DNA of 64,000 bases, taken from the NCBI GenBank assembly GCA_965240325.2, contig OZ251223.1:558001-622000 (forward strand). The letters run 5' to 3'. A program made the position numbers and the translations under genes. Each line of letters opens with the position of its first letter. Position 1 is the stretch's first letter. The notes under the pieces were generated by a model. The model worked only from the letters and a program-made list of their open reading frames with translations, was not told where the DNA came from and made no database searches. Below are positions 58,087 through 64,000 of the stretch, one piece after another. This DNA comes from Rebecca billardiae RCC1528. Its lineage: Eukaryota > Protista > Haptophyta.

Positions 58087-60153
58087 TCACTCCTCACCCG
58101 CGGCCACAAGGTTGGCGTGGACTCGCGCGGCCACCTCGGGGAGGCGCGAGTCCACGCGATCCACGACCTCGTTGCCACGGCCAGCGGCGATCAGCAGCAG
58201 ATCGGAGTTGACCTCCTCATTCCCCAGGATGTCGACGTGGTCGGCCGTCGCCGGACCGGAGCGCAGGCCTGAGGCGACCACCTCGGCCCTCGTCGGCTCG
58301 CGGTGCCGGTACTCGCGCGCCACGGTGCGCGCACCCGCCGGGTTGCGCCGCGCGTTGGCGCGCCAGCCAGTGTAGCACATGAAGCCTGCGCTGATGGTGT
58401 GCACGGTGCCGTCGCCGTCCGTGTGGTGCACGCCGCTCGTGAGGTTCGTCGCGCTCTCGGGCCGCGACACGCTCCGGTCGATCACGAGTGGCACTGCATC
58501 CGGCCCAGGCCTGCCCCACGCGCCCGGCACCGAGCCGAGCTCGGGCGCGGGCGGCGCGCCTGGCGGCGGGGTGAGTACGTACGCACGCTCCGTCAAGATG
58601 CCCGTGCCGTACAGGCAGTAGGCCGCCATCGCCGGCGCGTGCGGAAGCGCCGTGCGCAGCGGGTTGGCCCAGGCCTCCTCCGGCGCCTCGCCGAACGCGG
58701 CCACGGGGCCCGCCGTCAAGTCCTGGTCCTCCAGGCTGAAGGGCATCGGCGCCGCGCCGCCGCCGTCCGCGTCGGCCGCGCCGCCGTCGGCAGCAGTAGC
58801 ATCGGCGGCGGCGGATGCGTCGTAGCTCAGGCTCGCGACTGCGTCGGCGGCGAGCGCGGCGAGCGCACCGTCCATGTCCATATCCGCGACGAGCCGTGCG
58901 TCGGCGCCTTCGCCCACGCGCCGCTGGATCACAGCGCCGAGCAAGCTCGCCTCACCGGCCGCCTCCGCAGCCGCAGCCTCAACGGCGTCGCGCGGCGCGT
59001 CATCAGGCGCAGCGGAGAGGCTGCCCCACACGGCGGCGCCGCCGCGCGGGAGCAGCGTGCGCGCGGCGGGCATCGCGCGGAGGAGCCGACGGCGCTGCCG
59101 CGGGCTCGCCACCGCGTCGAGCAGCGCGCCGAGCGGGCCCGGCAGCTGCGCAAACTCCTTCGACTCCCCTGCCAGCATCCCCATGACGACCTTGGGCGTG
59201 CCCAGCAGCGGGCCGGCGAGGAAGACGACCGCCTCGACGTGGCGGTCGAACCAGTCGGGCGGCTTGCCCGCGCCGTGGGGCGGCGGCGAGCCCACCCACT
59301 GCATGAAGTACTGCAGCAGGTTGCTCCCCATGCTGTGCCCCACCAGCACCGCCTTCTCGCCGCCGGACGCGCGCACCAGCCGCTCGACGCTGCCGAGCAC
59401 TTTTGAGAGGTAGCCGTCGCGAGCCTCGAGCAGGGCGAAGGGGATGCGCCAGTCGTACGGCTCGAGGGCGAGGTTCGACGCGGTGTACCCGATGTCCGCG
59501 AGGTTCTCGATCAGCCGCGACCACAGCCAGTAGTTGCCCGCGAAGAAGTCGGACGCCTGCATGCCTTCGGCCGCCCGCACGGCGATGCCCGGCGGGTCGG
59601 CGCCCGTCCGCCCGTCCACCTCCATGTGCTTGAGCCAGCAGTCCTTGTTGTTGAGCACGACCTTGACCATGTTGACCGAGCCCCACAGCCGCGCGCGGAA
59701 GTTGCCGTCCATGCACTTCTCCCCCGCCCACAGCTCGAGGCCAGACGACGTCAAGCCGGGTAGCATCAGCACCGGGTGCTTGGCGCGAAGGCCGCGCTCG
59801 CGCAGGACGAGGCCCGGCCGCGCGGCGTCGGCGGCGGGCTTCGCCGCGGCGGCGGCGGCGGCGTCGCGATCGAGCGCGCCGATGATGCGATCGCGCGCGG
59901 CGGAGCCCTCCGGAAGCACGGCTGCGAGCTGCTCCGAGATCGTGTCCAGTGCCGCTGCCCACGCCGAGCGCGGCGGCGCGCCGCCGTCGGCAAGACTGGT
60001 GGACGACGGCGCCGAGGTCGGGAGCGACAAGTCGTAGCGCACGCCACGCGACCACACGGCGGCGACTACTAACACGAGCACGGGCACGACGGTCGCCGCC
60101 CGTCGCGGGCCCCAGCGCGGCGAGGGCTCGCTGCGCGCGTCAGCCGTCGCCAT
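58087..60153 (-). CDS. PDAT: Phospholipid:diacylglycerol acyltransferase (LCAT family)
   Basis: N-terminal TM; HPVLMLPGLTSSGLELW; FRARLWG; PYDWR; GHSMG nucleophile; YCLYGTG; DGDGTV; DHVDILGN. Confidence 0.93.
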   Translation of the reverse strand: MATADARSEPSPRWGPRRAATVVPVLVLVVAAVWSRGVRYDLSLPTSAPSSTSLADGGAPPRSAWAAALDTISEQLAAVLPEGSAARDRIIGALDRDAAAAAAAKPAADAARPGLVLRERGLRAKHPVLMLPGLTSSGLELWAGEKCMDGNFRARLWGSVNMVKVVLNNKDCWLKHMEVDGRTGADPPGIAVRAAEGMQASDFFAGNYWLWSRLIENLADIGYTASNLALEPYDWRIPFALLEARDGYLSKVLGSVERLVRASGGEKAVLVGHSMGSNLLQYFMQWVGSPPPHGAGKPPDWFDRHVEAVVFLAGPLLGTPKVVMGMLAGESKEFAQLPGPLGALLDAVASPRQRRRLLRAMPAARTLLPRGGAAVWGSLSAAPDDAPRDAVEAAAAEAAGEASLLGAVIQRRVGEGADARLVADMDMDGALAALAADAVASLSYDASAAADATAADGGAADADGGGAAPMPFSLEDQDLTAGPVAAFGEAPEEAWANPLRTALPHAPAMAAYCLYGTGILTERAYVLTPPPGAPPAPELGSVPGAWGRPGPDAVPLVIDRSVSRPESATNLTSGVHHTDGDGTVHTISAGFMCYTGWRANARRNPAGARTVAREYRHREPTRAEVVASGLRSGPATADHVDILGNEEVNSDLLLIAAGRGNEVVDRVDSRLPEVAARVHANLVAAGEE

Positions 60154-60278
60154 GCTTTCGGCGGGGAGTTCCGGCCGGTCCTCGAAACTGTACGACACTG
60201 TACTACCCAGATAGTCTAATGGTAGTCTAATACAATTTACTATGATTTAACGTGCACACTTGGTTAAGGCGTGTACTT

Positions 60279-60356
60279 TTATAAATTCCCCTTTATAACG
60301 GGCTCCGGGTGATCAGACTGGCGGCCGAAGCCTCCAGCCCTACCCTGGCCAGCCCA
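60279..60356 (-). repeat. Structured dispersed repeat, 3'-terminal fragment
   Basis: Matches 42166-42251 and the reverse complement of 48959-49049. Confidence 0.85.
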
Positions 60357-60836
60357 CTGTGATAGACGAAAACTGTCATGGTGTAACGTATGACATTCAT
60401 GACTACGGCGGAACCCGAGGCTCCGCGGGCCTCGTCAATGTGACCACACACCGAGGATCGCAGCCAACAATGCAGCGTGACAGCTCAGTGCGTGCGACGC
60501 CTACGCACCGCAAACGCTGCGGCCTGCACACCTGTGCAGGCCGTGGCACGGGCATCGCGGACGGGGCGACGGCTCTCGTCACTCCGCTCTGTCGTCAGGC
60601 TCGGCCTTCTGCGCACCAAATCGGCCCCGCGACAACCATGATGCACGCAAGACCCGCGAAGGACGCCTCCGGACGACGCGCGGCATGGATTCCACACAGC
60701 GGCTGGGGTCGTGCTCCACGGTCTCCCTCGCGCGTGCGAGGCTACGGCTGTCACAGCCATCCGCCAGCCGGGCGGCGAAGGGCAGGTCGCCGCACACAGC
60801 GGCACTGAGCCCACGCCGGCCGCACACGGCACGCCC

Positions 60837-61772
60837 TCACCAGCGAGGGCCGCTCTGCGAGTCCGCGGCGTCCGAGATGAACGGGATGCCCTTGGGCAAG
60901 AAGCCGACGACGTTCGCGAGCGTGCAGTAGCCGATGGACGCCATGAGCGCGTAGAACAGCGCCGACTGCACCTCGGTCGGCAGGCCGACCGCGCCCTTGG
61001 TCACAAAGTCCACCAGCCCGGCAATCAGCCAGGGCAGGCTGACGATAATGTCAAGAATGATCGCCTGGCGCATGTTGTACCGCAGGCCGAAGGGCAGCGC
61101 GTAGTTCTGCGAGAGGGAGGAGACGAGGATGAAGAAGCCCAGCGTGCCGAACGGCACGGCGTTCCAGTACGACGCCGCCTGCAGCAGCGGGATCCACGGG
61201 TCGACGGGCGGCGCGAGCGATGCGCCGTCAAGCAGCGGCACAAGGTAGACAGCGACGGCGCCGAGCCGGCCGAGGGGCTCGAGGTTGGAGAACTCGAGGT
61301 CGAGCTGCAGCAGCTGGCGCTCGTCGCGGTCTCCGCCGCCGCCGCGCGGCGGCGGCGTCGTGCGCTTCTGCACCTCCGTCTCCACCTTGATGTTGAATGG
61401 CAGATCGAGTCTCGCCTTCTCCTCGACTGCGCGCGCGCCGTCGCCCGGTGTGCCGTCCGCACTGGGCTCGACGGGGGCGGGAGGCGGGGGTGGGGGCGGG
61501 CGCGGCTTGGCGAACTCGTTGAGCTGCTTCATCTCCTGCACTTCAGCCCGCAGGGCCTCCGTCTCGTTGCGCAGGCGCTCGACAACGTCTGAGAGCTGCC
61601 GGCCGTCGTCTGACGCGAGCACGCGTGCGCGCGGGGCGCGCACAAAGGCGTGCGGGCGGCCGAGGGCACCCAGCGCGGCAGAGCGCGCGACGTATCTCGA
61701 AGACACCGCCGCGAGCATGGGCGGAGGTGCCCACAGCGCAAGGAGCAGCCAGCCCGTCGCGCGAGCCGCCAT
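60837..61772 (-). CDS. Tic20-like plastid inner-envelope import protein with a bipartite presequence (alternative start 61808)
   Basis: Signal peptide (TGWLLLALWAPPPMLAA) followed by a transit-like stretch. RLGAVAVYLVPLLDG, LRYNMRQAIILDI and IPFISDAA are typical of Tic20. Confidence 0.85.
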   Translation of the reverse strand: MAARATGWLLLALWAPPPMLAAVSSRYVARSAALGALGRPHAFVRAPRARVLASDDGRQLSDVVERLRNETEALRAEVQEMKQLNEFAKPRPPPPPPPAPVEPSADGTPGDGARAVEEKARLDLPFNIKVETEVQKRTTPPPRGGGGDRDERQLLQLDLEFSNLEPLGRLGAVAVYLVPLLDGASLAPPVDPWIPLLQAASYWNAVPFGTLGFFILVSSLSQNYALPFGLRYNMRQAIILDIIVSLPWLIAGLVDFVTKGAVGLPTEVQSALFYALMASIGYCTLANVVGFLPKGIPFISDAADSQSGPRW

Positions 61773-62048
61773 GGTCCTTCCGCCGCCGACTCTTCGCGCG
61801 AGTGCCATCAGATTCGGCGCTTACCAGTACGGGCACTCCACCGCTCGGGCTGGTCATCCGGAGAGTGGGGCCGCCTCGGGTCGAGCCGGACTACCGGAGC
61901 CGCCGCCGCCGCCGCCGCCCTCTATTTCTTCGCCGCCCTCGCTTTTTAAAATGCATCGAACTCTGCTCGAGCAGCAATCTCAAATCAGCATGCCGCCAGG
62001 CCTGCTCGGCCCTCCCGCGTCGTCCCCTCCCCGCACGTGACGACCACG

Positions 62049-63146
62049 ATGGGCACGGCGGCCGATACGCGGATTCGCGCCAGGCGCCTCGGCTCGACGG
62101 CGAGTGCCCTCGCCAGCATCGCGCTCCTCGTCGTCCACGCCTCCGCACCTGCCTCCGCGTCGGCCGTGTCCCATGCCGCCGCAGCCGCATCGCACGCCGC
62201 CGCGGGCTGCAGCGCAGCAAATGTCTCGTCCGCGACAAACACGACGGAGTGGCGCGATGTGCCGATCTACATCGCCATCGTCGGGCTGCCCAAGTGCGGC
62301 ACCACCTACCTGCGCAATCTCCTCGCCGTGCACCCGCAGCTCGCGTGCCCGAGCATGGCGCTCGGCGAGCGCCCCCGGTGCCGCGAGGAGACGGCAGGAG
62401 CGCCGATGTGGCGCGCCAGCCCCCCGCCCGCCTTTGTGCGCCGCATGTGCGCGACGGTCAGGGTGTCGGAGCCGAGGGGCCCTGGGCGTGCACGGCCGAG
62501 GCGCGTGGTGATCAGCGAGCCGTCCCTTCTGTTCGGGCCGCGGCTCCCCGCCAGCCTCGCGCAGATCCCGGACATCCGCGCCGTCGCGTGCATCCGAGAG
62601 CCCATCGCATGGCTGGTGTCCGCGCGCAACCACGTGCTCAGGGAATCTGACGGGAACCCCCTCGCGCTGGGCCCGGCGTGGCGGACGCTGTCTGGCTGCC
62701 CAGCCAACCACACGCCTGCGATGCCCCCCTCGCTCGCAGACCTTGCGCTCGGCTGCCAGTGGCACTGGGTGCAGCGCAAGAAGTATGCCCAGCTGCCGCG
62801 CCAGCTGAGCGGGCTGGCGGCGGGGGGGCAGGTGATCGTGGTCAGCCTCGAGGCCAACGAGCACAACCAGGTGGGCACGTGGCTGCGGCTGACGAGGTGG
62901 CTCGGCGTCAAGTCGGTGCGCTCCCTGGCAGAGCAGCCCGACCCCATCGGCAAGGCCAAGGTGCTCACCCGGGGCCCGTGGTATCAGACCTGGTGCGCCG
63001 ACGTGAGCCCAGCCGTGCGCGCCGCAGTGCACGGCCACTTTGAGCGCTCGTACGGCGCACTGCTGGGCTTCGTGCGGGAGCGCCTGCCACACAGCCTTCT
63101 TTCGCCGAGCCAGAGGCTGGGCACTGCGCGCGTGCTGGCGTGCTAA
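62049..63146 (+). CDS. Secretory-pathway sulfotransferase (Sulfotransfer_1-like)
   Basis: N-terminal hydrophobic segment; IVGLPKCGTTYLRNLLAVHPQL (5'-PSB); CIREPIAWLVSA (3'-PB). Confidence 0.85.
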   Translation: MGTAADTRIRARRLGSTASALASIALLVVHASAPASASAVSHAAAAASHAAAGCSAANVSSATNTTEWRDVPIYIAIVGLPKCGTTYLRNLLAVHPQLACPSMALGERPRCREETAGAPMWRASPPPAFVRRMCATVRVSEPRGPGRARPRRVVISEPSLLFGPRLPASLAQIPDIRAVACIREPIAWLVSARNHVLRESDGNPLALGPAWRTLSGCPANHTPAMPPSLADLALGCQWHWVQRKKYAQLPRQLSGLAAGGQVIVVSLEANEHNQVGTWLRLTRWLGVKSVRSLAEQPDPIGKAKVLTRGPWYQTWCADVSPAVRAAVHGHFERSYGALLGFVRERLPHSLLSPSQRLGTARVLAC

Positions 63147-63891
63147 CTCATTAATCAGTCCGCGCGGGGAGTGTCACGGTGACCGGGTCCGGTGCGGCCT
63201 GCGCCCGACGCCGTCCCGGGCAGCGGGCTCGTCGCGCATAGCAGCGCGCGCATCAGTAGCTTGCGCGCGCGCTTATATTATATATATGCTGATTATTTAA
63301 CACCGCGCGACTAGATGAGTATGATCTCGGCCGGCCCCGCGCGCCCGTCGGCCCGTCCGCCGTCGGGCCGACGGCGCCGTCACCGTGCCGCGGCGGCTAA
63401 CTTATCACGGCCACGCGCCGGATCGGACGGCGTCACTCGCGCCGGTCGGATATCTGTGGCATTCTGATCAGTGATCACCCGCGGAGCCGGCGAAAGAATC
63501 CTGCCGTCGCCGACCTGCCGAAATCGGCTGGCCTCGTTAGTTAAGTACGGCGGATTACTGAACTACTGTCCTGGGATTTAGAACGGGCTCCCATGGCCAT
63601 GCTGTGCAGATGTTCGCCGTCAATAATAGTCGCTAATAATTCTTTCTGAATAGTGAATGGTTCGAGGACTTCGAGGAGCGCGGGATCGGGCACGAACGCA
63701 ATCGCGTGCGCGCTTACCTGCGGTTATTGGCAGCATTGCCGTTATTGGTGACAGACAGCCGGAGTCACAGACTGACGCGACCCATATTAATTCGCCGCGA
63801 CAGAAAGGAATCGATGCCATACGACGCGCGCAGATCTACTAAAGGCGACAGCTGAGATCGGTATACAGCGGCATCCCTGGGCGCCCACTGA

Positions 63892-64000
63892 CCTCACCCA
63901 CGGCCAACGCGCTCCGCGGACATCCTCCGTCTCCGGCCAATCCGTACTTCGACAGGCGCCATCACGGGAGAGCTGCTCCCTCGTGCCTGTGTTTTTAAAT
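63892..64000. repeat. Dispersed repeat, also at 39731-39836, running off the window end
   Basis: Direct alignment by eye. Confidence 0.85.

Noticed and set aside
63940-64000. CCCTCGTG as an HDV-like ribozyme L3 loop
   Set aside because: No P1.1/P4/P2 elements follow, and the candidate P1 is not preserved in the copy near 39790.

Overview
A very GC-rich eukaryotic genomic window with short GC-rich spliceosomal introns (GTGCGCGC...GCAG), bipartite plastid-targeting peptides and compact head-to-head genes. The source is most likely a haptophyte alga of the Pavlovales type (inference from composition and gene content). About 14 protein-coding genes are supported: a membrane-anchored HopQ1/XopQ-like nucleoside-hydrolase-fold protein (cut by the window edge), a giant DUF229-like type II membrane protein, HYPK, two sulfotransferases, an ARM/IQ protein, a Bcr/CflA-type MFS transporter, an EF-hand-fused bestrophin-like channel, RWP-RK and double-AP2 transcription factors, a CAMK-type kinase, UPF2, a GT-like secreted protein, PDAT and Tic20. 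The intervals 23.2-25.5 kb and 30.9-49.1 kb are rich in non-autonomous mobile DNA. These include TA-flanked TIR elements, three long foldbacks, and a dispersed structured 3'-end (SINE/LINE-like) family. They also include two element types with Helentron/HINE-like asymmetric termini, each splitting a different minisatellite array and carrying coding-like cargo. Most ORFs in the supplied track are GC-driven shadow frames. All family assignments come from motif recognition by eye; no searches were run.
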